64,000 nt of DNA from Oculina patagonica (GCF_052425735.1 NC_135764.1:12338001-12402000); one strand, 5' to 3'. Shown: positions 23,142 to 53,186, numbered from the stretch's first letter. The notes: a model not told the origin generated them from the sequence alone. Numbers and translations are program-made.

Positions 23142-23810
23142 CAATTAATCTTTGTTTAACGTAGTCAGCACGCTAAACTAAACCGCCAGTTTGCAGGTGC
23201 GCCACGAAATAAAAATGTACATAGAAAAGGACGCATTTTTAGTAGATTTGTCGAAGCCGCAATTTAGTGGGAATCGAGTGCCAGTGAAAAAGGCTCTTCT
23301 CGTGGCTTGAGGGTGCAGAAATTATAGTTACACCGAAATAAAAAGGTGTTGATTTTTTTACTAAGCTTTGAAGTCCTTTTTGTTAGTGAATGCTCTTAAA
23401 CTGAATAGATGAATCGGTCAGTTCAGATGAGTGACGAGTATTTTCAACCCCCCCCCCCACCAAACACATTTTTGCATAATCGGCTCAAGAGAGATTTGCA
23501 GTTAAGCACCAACAATAGGTATACCTTTTTAAAACCAAGAAAGCACCTCGTTCACTGTTAAAAAACATTAGAAAGTTCCTTATTTTCAAGAAATTATTTC
23601 AATATGCTAAGACATATAAATGGCTTTTTGGCTATCTCTGTCAGGGAATTGCTCTCTGTAAATAACATTTAACGGACCTTGGGAAGAGTTGGCCACAAAT
23701 TGTTAACACAAGTGCTGAACACTGGCTTTTAGAAATCGACATCACTTACCTTCCACGGGATAATTCCTTGATCGGGTTGAGACTAAAGATAGGAAACAAA
23801 AAGCTTAACG

Positions 23811-23957
23811 CATCCTTGGAGACCCAGGGGCAGTTAGTGGAGCGAAACGAAGGAATAAACCGGGCAGAAATTGTGGCGACGAAAGTTTTCGCTACCGTTT
23901 CTGCCCGGTTTATTCCTTCGTTTCGTCCCACTAACTGCCCCTGAGTCTCCGAGGATG
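23811..23957. mobile_element. Foldback MITE with 9-bp TSD (Mutator-like)
   Basis: catccttggagacccagggg ... cccctgagtctccgaggatg forms a near-perfect palindrome. TSD agcttaacg/agcttaatg. Empty site at about 1727-1735. Confidence 0.85.
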
Positions 23958-26900
23958 AGCTTAATGTAGAACTAAAGAGAAATTATATAGGCTAAAAAGC
24001 ACACAATTTCAAACCAAATCAGCGGAACCTCTCCGATACTTACTTTTCCCCGTTCAGAACGGAATGAGCAGACCCATCAAAGAGCAATCAATATTATTTG
24101 TTAAAACGTTTCTTATTACTAGCATATTTGATTTTGTCCAATCAGCATTTAAGACTCCAAGTCCTCTGTTAATTTCCATTTTGTTTGCCACGTTTTATTT
24201 TCTTAGCGTTGTCATAATATCTATTTTCAAGTGGGATTCCTAATGCGATTCTGCCTGAATAAACAAATAAAAGTGAGACATCACGTCAGATCCATCAGAT
24301 AAAGTGGTGCAGAATTAAATAATTCTTGTATTCGCTGTAAGGAGCTTTTAATTGTGTAAGATTGAAACAAATTATCTTCCTCTTGTGATGAGTAAATTGC
24401 AGAACACAAACAAATTCAGAGGGACCATTTTAAACATTCTCTTTGAGACCTTACGTGAGTCGCGTATAATCATAGCTTAAGAAAGTATTTTGAAACTCAT
24501 GTCTGTGTGTATAAACCTGTAGATTAAACCTGAAACTCTGCTTTTAACGATGAGTTTAAAAACAGTTGTTTCCACAAAGATATGTCTATATTTTGCTAAG
24601 CAAAATAAACATTATTAAAGCTAAGACCTTTTTACTTATGGAATCTCAATTTTGAAGTAGAATTTTTTTTCTTTTTTCGTGGTTGAAACCTTCTCTTTAT
24701 AACTCTTTCTAACATACCGTATACATATCTAGAACTGTCTGGCCAGCGCACATGCATGTGTAGATCAAATTTAAGTTATGTTTTTAATAGCGTTGATGTA
24801 GAGGAGAAAGATTGAATAGGAATTAGTAAGATTTCCGTGATGTTGTTCATAAATTCAGCTGCAGGTGAATGAATAACCGAATTTACGCATAAAATTATTA
24901 AAACGCGATTGTCATTATCCAGGCATGGAACAACACGATTGCACTAAAAAAGTTTTTTCTGCGTTCAAAATTGTTGCATAAGGTACAAGAGTTATGCTAG
25001 TTGTTTCCTTTAGAAAGGAAACCTCAGTGTCAAGAATACCCGGAAGAAGAGATTCAGACGGGATGGTCAAATTGCAATTGGCTTCAGTTACAAGACATAC
25101 CGTGGATTGTTGGGTTTTTGTGGGGGGGGGTGGGGGGGGGTTGGGGGGGTTAAGGAATGAAAAAAGGGGGGGTTGGTGGAAATTAATAAAAAAAAGGGGG
25201 GGTTTTGGGGGTGGGGGGGCTACAATTCCCGTATTTGAGCCTAGGTGAAGCCGCACGTTGGATTTACTAGACCAGGAATGCATAGTATCACTTGGTCATG
25301 CCAATATATCATTTGAAATGACTGTAAGGAATCTGTTTGAAAACGAAAACTGGTCCGTTTTTCTCCGACCGTGTTTGTTCGTTCTGTTTAAACAAACTTA
25401 AGATACTGAAAGCAATAACAACTACAAAATACAGGGGAGTTTTTGGTTGACGCGATAGAAACTCAAACTGTCAAAACTAAAAATTTTCGTGTTCAATCAA
25501 CTGACACGGCTTAAGTGCTTGCCAAACAGAAAATAAAAAAAATGATATTTTTCTCCATATGTATTCTATTTAATTAAAGGAACCATGTTAAGGGGATTTT
25601 GCAGATTTATTTAGTTTTAACTGTTCTAAAATAAGTGGTAGGCAGCTTTACCCACGAGAAACAGTATTTTTGAACATTAACGGAAGATCTAACCTTTATT
25701 CGGGGAAAGAAATCCGCCAACCTTGGCTATAAATAACGATTTCTGGAAGGCGCGCGAAAACAACTTGCGAGTCATCCGCAGCCAAACGTGCTTAAAAACA
25801 GTCAAATGCTATAGAATAGCAATTGTTTATAAAAATAGACCATTTCTTTTAATTTTCTTACGACACAAGTATAAATTTTGGCTGTTCAAAAATTTGTTAA
25901 AAACCGTGATATAGTCCCATTTTACAAATTCAATAAAAAAGCAAGAACAAACAAAACATGAATTAGAGATTGTCTTTATTTGCAATGATGTGAAAAACAC
26001 AGTGCAGCAATCAGACATAACTCAAACATTGCTAAACGCATCTGACGGGCCCCTGTTTAATGACTGCAGAACAACAATGTAGACAATATAAGCTTATAAA
26101 AATTCTGGGGGAACTCCCTTACATAGGCTAATAATTAAGCATGTGCGGCCCCAAAAAGTATAGTTCTCAAGCCGTTTTGGCCTGAAACAGAAAGAACTAA
26201 AAGAAAAACTAAATAATTCTTGCAGCTTTAAGAATTTCCCACCCAGTAGCAAACAGAACTTAACAGACCACGGAAAGTTTATTTGCCTTCAGCGCAGTAA
26301 ACAAACTTCAATTTATAGCTAGAACTCAAACATTATCGATCAGATGACTCAGCTGGCGGGGGAAACCAAACAGAAACTGTCGTGACTTTTTGACTAAAAA
26401 TTAAAAAATATGGATCTTCGCTCTTCTTCTAAACATTGAAGACATCGAAGGCATCACTAAATTCAACTACTCCGACATTAAAATTGAGTGTTGTTTTATA
26501 CGACTCGTCTTGCTTAAAGTCGAGTCGACTTACCAGAAGTCTAGTTGCGAGAGACTTAGCGTAAAATACAGCAAGGGAATTAGGAAGGGTAGAGAAAGTC
26601 GGCGACTCGACTCGATCGAGTCGTGACGACTCGTCTTGCTTAAAGTCGACTCGACTTACCGGACGTCTAGTCGCAAGAGACTTAGCTTAATTATAAATAC
26701 AGCGGGGATATGATATGAGGAGGGATAGAAAAAGTCGACGAATCGACTCGACTCGATCGAGTCGTGACGACTCGTCTAGCAAAACGCCGACCCGACTTAC
26801 CATAATTCTATTGGCGAAAGACTTATCGTAAACTATATGTAAGGTAAGGAAAATCCGACAAGCAAACCTAGGGATAGCTGGGCATGATACCAGCCCAAAT

Positions 26901-29692
26901 GCCTGTATTACTAGTTCTATAAACGCATGTAGGTAATTCGTGCGTTTTAAGCGAAACGCGTTAAAGTCTGATTCTTTAGACCCACACTCGAAGTATCAAC
27001 CAACCATTAACATATCATGAATGTAAAGCACAAACACCGGCGAGCAAACCCAGGCATGATACAAACCATACCATGTATTACTCGTTCTTTAAACGCGTGC
27101 AGACAATCAGTACTTTTTAAGCGAAACGCGTAATTTGGTCTGATTCTTTAGGCCCCGGCCATTTCGAATGAATATTCTTCTCACCTTTATGCCAATCGTT
27201 GTATTAAACAGTTTTCTTTTTGAAGCGCGTTTTTTAACGGGAAACGCGAAGCGATTGTTTAGATTTCTGAGAATTTAAAAGAATTCTTAAGTTATAAAAA
27301 AGGATATTGTTTGAGTTATGGGCGATTTTCGGAAGCCTTCTTTTTTAATAACATGCGATTATTTTTAAAATGCCACGGTAATTTTTTGTAATTACCCGAA
27401 AACGCTGCCAAACAGTTGAGGTTTACTCACAACAACTAACAGGAAAATCCACTCCGTAGATTTCCTGAACGAGCGACTTCTTTGATTTTGCCTTTAAAAT
27501 CTGACTCCGTTGTGTTATGCGTCTGCCTTGACCGTCGCATAAATGTGTTACTTATAATAACCCAGTACCAGCCAGTTTTGAGGCTGATGTCACCTTAATC
27601 TTGTGTGTAAAAGTTAAAAAGATCGTTTATATACATCAAATGTAAGCAGTCAATAAAGATGGATGCTTTCAGCCGAATTGTTGAAAATATCAAGGAAATG
27701 ACGTTATTTTAAATTGTGAAAAATTTGTCGATTTGTTCTTATTTTAAAGCTGCACCTAGAACAGGATATTGCAAAGGTTTGTGCCTAATTTTAGCCTGTT
27801 CCTTTCATACGGTTTTTATAATTTCGGTCGGAAAGTCAAGTGCATTTGCTTTCTACAACCGATATCTTGGTAACAGGGCTGGCCCGACTTCTTATATGAA
27901 CGCCGGCATCGAAATATTCACAAAGCAAATAGGAGTGAGGAAAGATCTCGGTAACTGGGCCAGCCTGGGTCAACCGGGCTTGTGAGGCGGCCCTTAAAGG
28001 CGTTCCTTAGAAGCTACACTGAGGTTTGATTTTTAATTTCAACTCATTTTTAGGACCTCTCACATGAGCCCGTTACGGGTTCCGTACCAGGACAGATCAT
28101 GACCAATGGAAAATTTTAGCCCGGTGACGGGGAAATCAAACTAAAATGGCGACACATAAGTAGTTGCATCGCCACTACTCGTTGCTTTATCGCTACTTGA
28201 CACTATAAAGCTAATCGCATATTCAAGTGGAAAAGAAAAGGAAAATATGCGAGACCGGAACCGAGAAACACATCTTTATCAAAAAAATGGAGTGAGTCGA
28301 GATCCGCTAGGCCAGCCCGGTCAACTGGGACTATTAAGGGCCTCTCACATGAGCCCGGTTTACGAGCGTCTAAGACGGACGGATTTGACCCTGAGGAAAA
28401 TTGTAGCCCGGTTGACGGGAAAAATCAAGAAACGAAGGAAAATGGCGAAGTGCATGCCACTACTCGTTGCTTTCGACTGTACTTAAGTTTCGATATTCTT
28501 AAGTGGAAGATACAAGGATTGCGAGATCTCGGTGAGAAACCGAGATTTGTCCGAGCCCCGCCCATCAACAGAATTTATCAAAAAAATGGAGTGAGTGAGA
28601 TCTCGGTAACTTGGCCAGCCCGGTCAACTGGGATCATATTAAGAAGCCCTATGTACCATACTGCTGAACACCCCGCAAGTGAACTGCACGGCAATGCTCT
28701 CCTCTCACGTTTTCTCCCGAGACAATCAGCGGGAGGTCGGGCGAGGAGCAAACGATAACCGGAAAAGAAGTGAAGTTGAAAGCAAAATAGAAGCTTTTTT
28801 ACCACTTAAACTGAATAATACGCCAAAAACAACCCCCAAAAACAAAGAACGATCACGCAACACTTAATTACCACTAAATGCTCCAGTGAAAGTGTAATAA
28901 ACACATGGATGCGCGGTGGCATGGATATGAGCGCGCGACGAGGACGGCCCGGGGCGGGGGGCGTTGCGGGCGGCAGACACTTACCCAGGCCCCCCACCCA
29001 GGTGAAAATGGGTACCGACACTGCTTGGGGGTAACCCGCGATGGACAGCATCCCATCGGGGGAGGCTACTCTCAGTCGCTTAATGCTACGGAAACCGGGA
29101 CGCAGACTTTATCTACCTATTTAATAAAGAACTCGGTAGTAAAAACATTAAATTATTTTTTTTAATACAATACAATAATACAAATTATTTAAAAGGCCAA
29201 GCCTTCCTTTTTATCTACCCTTACTTCCCAACTTAAAATGTTTTTACAGTCCGATAAGGAGCGAGGCGTCCTTCGCACTTCTAGCATTGCGTATCTTATT
29301 TCAAGAGATAAGACTCTTGTCCCGCGAACAAGAGACAGGTATGGTGGCCCATCGGCTAGAGACACTTTGTTAGATCTTCGTATTGTCTTTTGAGGGACCT
29401 ATACAAACATGCAGTTTAAAAAAAATATATATGAAAATTTGCTACGGCTTCTCACAAACAAGAAAAAGCGCCAGTTTTCCGAGATCCCGCCTTGCGACTA
29501 CAGTAAAAACCCGCAAGTAAGAACCTGCATTTTCCAAAGTTAGTCTAAACAGGTTCTTTCATAAATGGAAATTAGCAGAAATTTAGGCTTTTTAGGTTCT
29601 TATTTTCTGGAGAAAAAATACATTGTTTTTTATAGAGCTTTAAGTGGTATTCAGCCTTTTCCTTTTATCTTTATTTTTGTAATTGTATCAAT

Positions 29693-30313
29693 AATACGTG
29701 GTTTTCACTGTCACGCCGCGAGAAAATAAATCCAAAACTATTGAGACAAAAAATATAAGAATGTTACTTAAAGTAGAAAACTAAAATATAAACTACTTGT
29801 CCAAGTCTCAGGTCTGTGTGTTATTCCGTACTGAAGTTATCAGTCAAAATGTTTCACGCAAATTTAGAGAGCACAGTATAGAATCGCCATGTTGGAGCCC
29901 AACTGCTTGTGGTTTTCTCCAACATGGCGGCCATTTGTGAAATCAATGAAAACATCTAGCATTAAATTCTGAAATAAAAAGCGGGCAAATCACCCTCATG
30001 AACAAGTAAACATTCACAAAATCACATCTTGCGAAACCTCAACTGTCCGGATTGTTTTAAAAAAATCGCAGGATGAGGCATTTTTTAAAGAATACCGTGA
30101 CAGCCTTCCGGCTGAAAAGCCATCTTTGATCTCGTGTGGCGTGAAACTCCGAAATTCAAAATGCTCTTACTTAAAGACGGCGAATGCTATCGAGCTAAAA
30201 ACCTTCAAAAGGATATTTATTATGCACGTCTAATTGCCATTAAAGGATAAAAACTCAGGGGTCTTGCGATTCTGAGTTTTAGAATTTTGATGACGTCACG
30301 TGAAAACCAAGAA
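29693..30313. mobile_element. MITE present only in duplication copy B
   Basis: Termini atacgtggttttcac ... gtgaaaaccaagaat. Empty site at about 9320. Confidence 0.7.
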
Positions 30314-30422
30314 TATTTTATGATTTTCAACATTGGCATTTACATTCCGCAAAGAGGAAACTGGGCGGTAAAAATGGCATGACTTTGCCATGTATGTATT
30401 TCCACTTGAGAAGTATGCGAAT

Positions 30423-30509
30423 TAGCCTATCGCGCTTCGCGCTCTCTCCTCGTACCTCACGCCCGAACTCCCCTTCTCCTTCCCCTTTGAACGCCAGCCA
30501 CGCAGGCTA
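30423..30509. mobile_element. Tiny MITE (tagcct...aggcta) with 9-bp TSD
   Basis: tatgcgaat is duplicated. Empty site at about 9460-9470. Confidence 0.75.
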
Positions 30510-30766
30510 TATGCGAATTAGCTTTATAAGTTATGTTACAAGTGTCGGTAAAAGTACGATAGTCACAAGCGATGGAAGTTTATGCGTCGCCATTTTCGTT
30601 TCTTGAATTTTATCTTGGTCAACGAGGCTGAATTTTTCCATATGAACAGACGACAAAATTCGTCCCGGTAACCGAGGCAGCCTTTTTTTTTACGGACTTA
30701 TATGAAGGGGCCCTGAAAAACCTTAGCGGGGCCTGTCGTACCCTAGCACTTTTCTTTCTTCTATTC

Positions 30767-33700
30767 TTAAACTTGATGGTTACAGTCTGTTCCACTCCAT
30801 CCATTGTAACATTTACAACTCACAAATTTCCACTTCTCAGTCAAATCCTGCATAATTCCCTGATTCAAGACCTTTGTATACACAGTGGGATCCAACTGAA
30901 ACGCGCACCTTCCGTGTAAACTGCAGAACTTTTGACTGCATGTTTGTGTAATTGTGCTGATATTTTTTACCAGGGGACCCAGAAAATTGTCAATGTAGGA
31001 TTTGACTTCAAGGCAGTCGGTTTTAGTTCTCTCAGTGAAGTGGTCTCCCCAGATAACAATCCCGGCAGTCCCTTGTTCTGCTGACTGGGCTACTGTCGCT
31101 ATGACATCAGCCTGTTCAAGAAAAAAGAAATCAAGATTAGGGTCTGTGAGGGTATAGTCTCCTTCCCAAGCCGTTGTTTGGGCTCGTCACGCAACGCTCC
31201 CTTTCGGAGAAGCGTTGCGTGACGTGACAATTAACCTACCGGTACATGTAAATAACGACTAAAAAAAGAGACTAGTGAGGATATGGTTGAGGAAATAATG
31301 TTCTGAAGAACCTGGTGGACTGCATATCTCAGCAAGTGATAGGAAAAAACTTCATTATTGTTATATCAATTTCGAGGTACATTACTCAACTATGCCACCG
31401 TTTTAGGTTTAACTACATTTAAATGACGTCTCGAGCAACGAACGTTTCTTTCAAATTATCGCTTCTAGCGTTTCAAGGGATTAGGGGTTTTCATTTATTA
31501 GTGCATGGGGGGGGGGGGGGAGTCGGCAAGATTGTTGGGGGGGGGGGGGTTAAGTTATTTTGGCGCTAATCTAAATGGAGCGGGGTACAGCAAATTATGG
31601 ACAAAAACTAATTAAAATAACCAATAAATTAACAGGGGGGATGCGACATTTTTGCCAACCAACCAAGGAAGTGGGGTTGGGTAATATTTGGAGGCTATTC
31701 CACGTTAATAATTACCATATCATTCGATTATTGAGCTTGGTAGCAATTTAAAATCTTTCTACGACAATTTGTAAAAAAGCTTTTTTTTTTTTTGGAAAAG
31801 AAAACAATTTATTTACGTTTGCATGAGCAGAATATATCATTTACAGCAAAATCACTGTCAGACGATATTTAAATATAATAAAAGGCCCACGAAGAGACCA
31901 TTACATGTAAGAATTCTTTATTTTGAAATGAACGCAAAGAAAGCATGCCCAGAAACATACGTGGTTTTTATCATTTCTATGCACTAATTTCAGTCATCTT
32001 TAGCAGTACAGTTCTCGTTGTTGATTTCTTTATCCTCATCACTGGTTTACTTGTTAACGTATGGAAGTACTTAGGAGAATTTTAAAATCGCTCGCAGTTT
32101 GTCTTACTTACCTCATTGAGATATATCTGTGAGACTGCGTATGTAATGCGAACGTAAGGGTACACAGGGATGATGCGCCCGTCTAACTTCTTGGAATGTC
32201 TGAAACTTTCCATTATTCTATACTTGACAAATAACCTGGAATTTCGATGCGATGTATCGTGAAGGTAAATTGATGGAAACAGTGCTGAACTGGACTCAAA
32301 CATCCATGATATTTGGTCGTTTCTTTGCATTGTCAGTTTACTACAGTTGTATGGTAGACTGTCTTTGTGGTTGTAACAGTTTGGAAAGCCATAAAATCCC
32401 CACGAGGATTTTGGACGAAGTTTCTGCACGAGCAACACGGTCCCTTCCATGAATTGCTGGGCTGCAGTTTCATACTCTAATCTGGCTATTTCTTCAATTA
32501 AACCCTCTGACCAGGAAGGATGTCTTTGCCTGACTAGATCCATGGACTTGGTTCTGAAAACAGAGAAATGACCAATGGCAAAGATTAAAATGTTATAGTC
32601 AACACTGTCTTTTTTACAGACACCCTATGAGGACGGAAGACTTCGGGTCAACTTCGAAAATCTTCAGAAGTCTTGGGGTTACTCCCCCCCCCCCGGGGGG
32701 GTGTTACTCCCTATAATATCAGGCTTCAGGTATATATAGGTAGGGATTTCACAAGTTTAGGTATACGAAAGGGTCTGGAAATCTGTCCTTTAGGTTTTTT
32801 GAAAGGGCCTTTAATTAAAATATTTCGAACAATTGCAACTTATGGCTGTATTATTTCAATTTATTAAGCGCTACTTGAAAATGACAAGAAAACGTAATGT
32901 TTTAGTCTATACCATGACTCAGGTATGAAAGGGGTACCATTAAAAGAAGAGAATGGGTACTGTAGGGGACATGTGATTGCAGTAACCGACGCCCGCCACA
33001 GAATCCAGATGGAGGACAAAATAGGGAATGCAGTGATATTGAGCAAGGAAAGTAAAGACACAGGAGATCAGACAGAGAAAAGCAGGAGGCAGCCAAGTGC
33101 CCGCACTCCTAGTATGTAAGTTAACAATACAAGATCACTGACCAAGTTTACTAGTTATGGGGTGGCAAACAAGTCACAAATGAGGGGGAAGGGGAGGGGA
33201 GGAGAGGTACAATTTGATGCATTCAAAATGTACCATAGATCTTTCCAAGACAATTACAAAAAATAATTTAAAATGGCACTCTTAGGGGGTAAAGGTATAA
33301 CACTTCTTAAAATCAATAACATATTGAATAAATTTCATTTGGCATGATATTTCAAATGAACTGTGACAGCAAAATGTAATAACTTTTCACACCTGTAGAT
33401 GGAAAGTGTGTCCCAGTTCCTGTTAAACACAGGTCTCCAGTACTCCCAGTCAATAACGCCAATGCCTTGGAAGTCTGGGTCGGTTATAACACTTGTGATG
33501 TCTTTCTCGACTTTGCTGAGGTGTTCTGTCAAGTTCACAAGCTGTTATAACAAAAAAAATAATTATAGTCTGTTAAATTAAAACTGCTGACATGTACAAA
33601 ATAAACATAAGCATACAAACAATATGGGAAAAACACAGAGGGGCACTGGCAATGTGTATACATGTGTCTGTGGCTATAACCACAAGATGGCTTAGGGCAG

Positions 33701-35745
33701 GCATTTCCTTGGGCAACCGGTACACATATACCTTTCTCCCAGAAGTATAAAAGGGAACAAAACATGAAGGACTGGTGGTGGGGGATGTGTACTACTCTGT
33801 GACTGTATGTAGTAGTAATTAATTTTTTATAGTACTACTTTTGTTAGTATTTATTAAGCTATTTAACTTACATGTATACCGGTAATCTTATCTATAACAA
33901 AATTCTTGATTTTGATTGGTTCTGCGTCACCTTTTTGTCCTATTAATTGGCACGTGATGACGTTGTTTTCCTACATGTTCACATATTACAGGTATCCAAT
34001 TTAAACAATTGTACACATACGCCATTTGCTTGTCAAGCACGGATCTTAAGCATGTGCATTTAAATGTTTTTTTTTTTTTGGTGTTTTTCCACTGTTTGAA
34101 AAACCATTAATTGAATTTACCATTGACTTCTTTTTACACTAAAAAAGATCTTCAAAGACTTCCTAACCTCGAATTTTGTTATGGACACCATTACTTAGTA
34201 ATTGGACCTTGTGTCATACAATTCATAGAGTTATCATGCCTGCAGTTATTTAAAATCATCCTCGTGCTGTAGGCTCGGCCGATTTCCAATTATTAATTAC
34301 ATATATATTACCAGATGCATATCACCTGATACTACCAATTGTTATGAAAAGCAGTTATTTAGGGGAGTGAAACAGTTTTCCAGAATTTTTTCCAATCCAG
34401 TCCGACTTACCATATGTAGGCCCTTATTATTCCCATCCTTACTTTCTCTTGGACTTATGCCCGGCTCCGTTCAAAACGAGTCTATGTGCGAAACCATTCA
34501 AATGAAAATGAGTTTGATTTGCATGAAAATGGACCTGTATGTGAAACTCATTTTCAATTGAATGGTTTCCCACGTAGACTCGTTTTGAAACAGAGGCAAA
34601 GGATAACTCGGAAATGGCCTATTTATTTTGTGAGGAGAAATTTGAGGTTGGTCACTCTAGTTCATGTAACATTACTTCTAGTGCTATAAATGAACTTTAA
34701 CAGGATAAGCTCTGGCAGCTGTAATGGGCTCTTTAAAGTTGATTGCACATTTTGCCCCTCCAGGGTAAGGCCATTTGAATTTAGGTTTTCAAAAAGCCTG
34801 GTCTAAATTGCTGTCACATTAAAGATCAGTATGGGTTTTATTCGGGACATTTGATCACATTTGAACCTCTCTTCAGTCCCGAGGGTGGGGTATTTGACTG
34901 AAAAATTGCCAAAAAATTCAAATGCCCCCCCCCCCCTTTGCCCTACCCCCCTCCCCCACCCTCTCTAACTTTACATTGAAACCTGCATAAACACAGAATA
35001 CCTCACCCCGGCAGGGCCATTCCATTTTATATTCACACTCCCCCCCCCCCTCTCCCCTATAGATGAGATTTTCTGTAGGGATTTTTGGAAATCATTTCTG
35101 AGGGGGTAGCCCTGTTGGCGCATTCGATCTTTTGAGTATTTTTTCTGAAGTAGCCTGCGAATACAGCCGCCTCTCCCATTAATGAGAGGCGGCTGTATTC
35201 GCAGGCTATTCCTGAAGGGGTTAGGGAAAAGTTCGCTTTTTTCTGAAGGGAATTCAAAAATCAGATAATTTCTTTTTTTCTTAGGGGGTAAATTTTGACT
35301 TACCTCATCATTAGGGGGGGGGGGGTGGATATACAAATGTAAAATGGAATGCCCCCCAGCTATTTATAAATTACATGTACTCTTTGTCGTTTTGTAGTTC
35401 GAGCAGAGCTCAAAGGCACGGATAAAACTCTACCTGTGGGAGGCCACCATTCACTGCTTTTCCATCACTGTCAAAATACGGATACAAACCCAGCTCTTTG
35501 TTGTAAAATATGACGATGTACTCTCCCCGCCATGTTTGGTCATGATTTACCACAAAGTCGAATGCACTGAAATCAAGCGTGACGTTCCACTTGGCTTTGC
35601 AATCGCCTGTTGGAGTATTCCACACGGTGATAAAAGGTTTGTTAGGCAAAGGAGGTCCTTCGACAGGGTTGCAAGTGTATTGCAGCGCAGAAAGGCTGAT
35701 TAAGAGAGCGATCACCAAAAGAAACCTCTTGACTCCCGACGCCAT
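30767..35745 (-). CDS. HYAL: Hyaluronidase (glycoside hydrolase family 56), 415 aa, 4 exons
   Basis: Exons 35745-35434, 33541-33393, 32553-32112 and 31111-30767, phases consistent. Signal peptide, PFITVWNTPT, NGGLPQ, catalytic IDWEYWRP, WGFYGFPNC, ALFPSIY and a C-terminal EGF-like Cys domain. Confidence 0.95.
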
Positions 35746-50951
<15,206 letters not shown>

Positions 50952-51089
50952 TATATAGTTATTGTAAAAATTCTGAAAAAAGGCTCTGCTAAAAAAGGTC
51001 CGACTTGCACATCTTATTTGCTATGAAATAAGAGTTTTATTATTCCACCACATTTCCCAAGCTCCACAACCGGATACAACGGTATAAGA

Positions 51090-51372
51090 ATTCAAATAAA
51101 TAAATAAATCGATTTTGTGTGAACGAAACTGTCTTGCGACTGACAAACCTGTAGCCTTTGGATTCCCGACCGAATTGGTATTTAGAGATGTCGTTTTTTT
51201 TGGGAGAGAGAAAAAACGGAGAACCCGGAGAAAAACCTTTGTAAGCAAGAACAAGAACCCACAACAAACTCTTACTCAACCCACATATGACGCCGGGTCC
51301 GGGAATTAAACCCGGGGCACATTGTTGGGAAACAGAGCAAGCGTTCTAATCACTCCACTATCCCTGCTCCCC
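51090..51372 (-). mobile_element. tRNA-derived SINE with (TTTA)-type tail
   Basis: Minus-strand head gggagcagggatagtggagtgattagaacgc...gggtttaattcc. Body ttctccgggttctccg. Confidence 0.7.
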
Positions 51373-51821
51373 CTTGACCATGTGAAATTCCAGTGTTATT
51401 GTTCCCCTTACTGAGGCCTCTTAAATTTTATTTTAGTTAGGGTTTATGTTGTATCAGACAATCATGAAGTATTGTATTGTAAACTGTATCCTTCAGCAAT
51501 GTAAAGTGCCTTTAGTCTTTTAGGAAGTTGGAAAATTGTTATCTTAGTCACCGTACGAGTGTGTCTCTTGAATTTCACTTTAGTTAGAGTTTATGCTGCA
51601 ACAGAAAATCAGAAAGCGTCACAGACAGCAGAAACATTAGTCTGACTGTATTGTTAAATCGGGTCCTCAGTTTAGAAAGGGCATTTGCGAATTTTTATCC
51701 TAGTCAAGTTCATCTGTAAGTTTCACAAATGTCACTTTTGTTAAAGTGTATGCTACATCAGACAACCAGGAAGCGTTACAGACATTGTAGACGTCATAAG
51801 GTAAAAAGTCTTGAAGGTGAT

Positions 51822-52572
51822 GACGACAAACGAAGCGACATTTTCAGCGCAGAAACATGTCGCAAGGACAAAATTATAATGTGCTCTGCCACATACCCTA
51901 AGACAATGCAACAGGGATATATTGTAGCGACACGTCTTCTTAATCGTGTGCTGCTAGTTTTCAGGGGTCGTCTTACTACAACATGTCCGCACATTCAAGT
52001 TTTCGTGTGTGTGAAGATGTTGTGATTTTGACCCTGCTGCATATATTTCTTGCCGTGTCAGCGTCTTTAAGGGTCGAGTTTGAGAATTAATTGTTAAAAT
52101 AGAAATCACGTTCATCCTTGGCACTCGAGAATTTAATCATTATTTTATGCTATATATATTAGAGAATCACGAAGTTTCACGGACAAATACACACAAATTT
52201 CGACGACAAACGAAGCGACATTTTCAGCGCAGAAACATGTCGCAGGGACAAAATTATAATGTGCTCTGCCACATACCCTAAGACAATGCAACAGGGATAT
52301 ATTGTAGCGACACGTCTTCTTAATCGTGTGCTGCTAGTTTTCAGGGGTCGTCTTACTACAACATGTCCGCACATTCAAGTTTTCGTGTGTGTGAAGATGT
52401 TGTGATTTTGACCCTGCTGCATATATATCTTCCCGTGTCAGCCCCTTTAAGGATCGAGTTTGAGAATTAATTGTTAAAATACAAATCACGTTCATCCTTG
52501 GCTCTCGAGAATGAAGTCATTATTTTATGCTATATATATATATCAGAGAATCACAGCATTTCACGGACAAAT
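51822..52572. repeat. Recent tandem duplication of about 380 bp
   Basis: gacgacaaacgaagcgacatttt... starts at 51822 and at 52202. The copies are nearly identical. Confidence 0.9.
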
Positions 52573-53186
52573 GCAGTGTGAATTGTAAACTCAATCGCTC
52601 AGTGACTTCAGCCTTTTATCCAAACCGTGCTAGAGATCCCGTTTAAGTGTGATTCTATTGAACTTCACTTCCCTCAAAGTTTATGCTGTATCAGAAACAG
52701 ACATTACAGATTATATTACATACCAAATAATTATGCTGTATCAGAAAACCAGGAGGTGTTGCGGACATCAGGTCATCAGAGACATTCATCTCCTGACAAA
52801 TTTGTTAAATCAAGCTCTCGGTACCCCAAAGCACAGAGATGCTAAGGGCACTTGCAAGTAGTAAAATATTTTTTCTTAAATGTTATCTTAGTAAAGTTCA
52901 TCTGTGGGTTTCCCAAGTTCCTTATCCGTCAGTGAAGGATCAAGGAAATTTGAATACAAAGTCACTTTTCTGTCGCATTTTGCCGCATCAGATGATCAGG
53001 AAGTCTTTTCTGACACGAAATTCAGTACGTGTATATTATAAACTCGATTGCTCGGTGATTTTAGCCTTTAACCCTTTCCAGACCTATCCAGACTGGTCGG
53101 TGATCACGTTTGACTATGATACTCTTGAATTTCACTTCCCCAGAAGTTTATGCTGTATCAGAAAATCAGAAAGGGTTTCAGACATA

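Larger units (their letters stand above)
23381..32060 (+). repeat. Segmental duplication, copy B (copy A is about 1-15705)
   Basis: Collinear blocks: 1-282/23381-23655, 1588-2095/23664-24345, 3333-6610/26126-29525, 9278-10522/29649-31139 and 14645-14775/31175-31325. A final short match at about 15650-15705/32005-32055. Confidence 0.92.
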
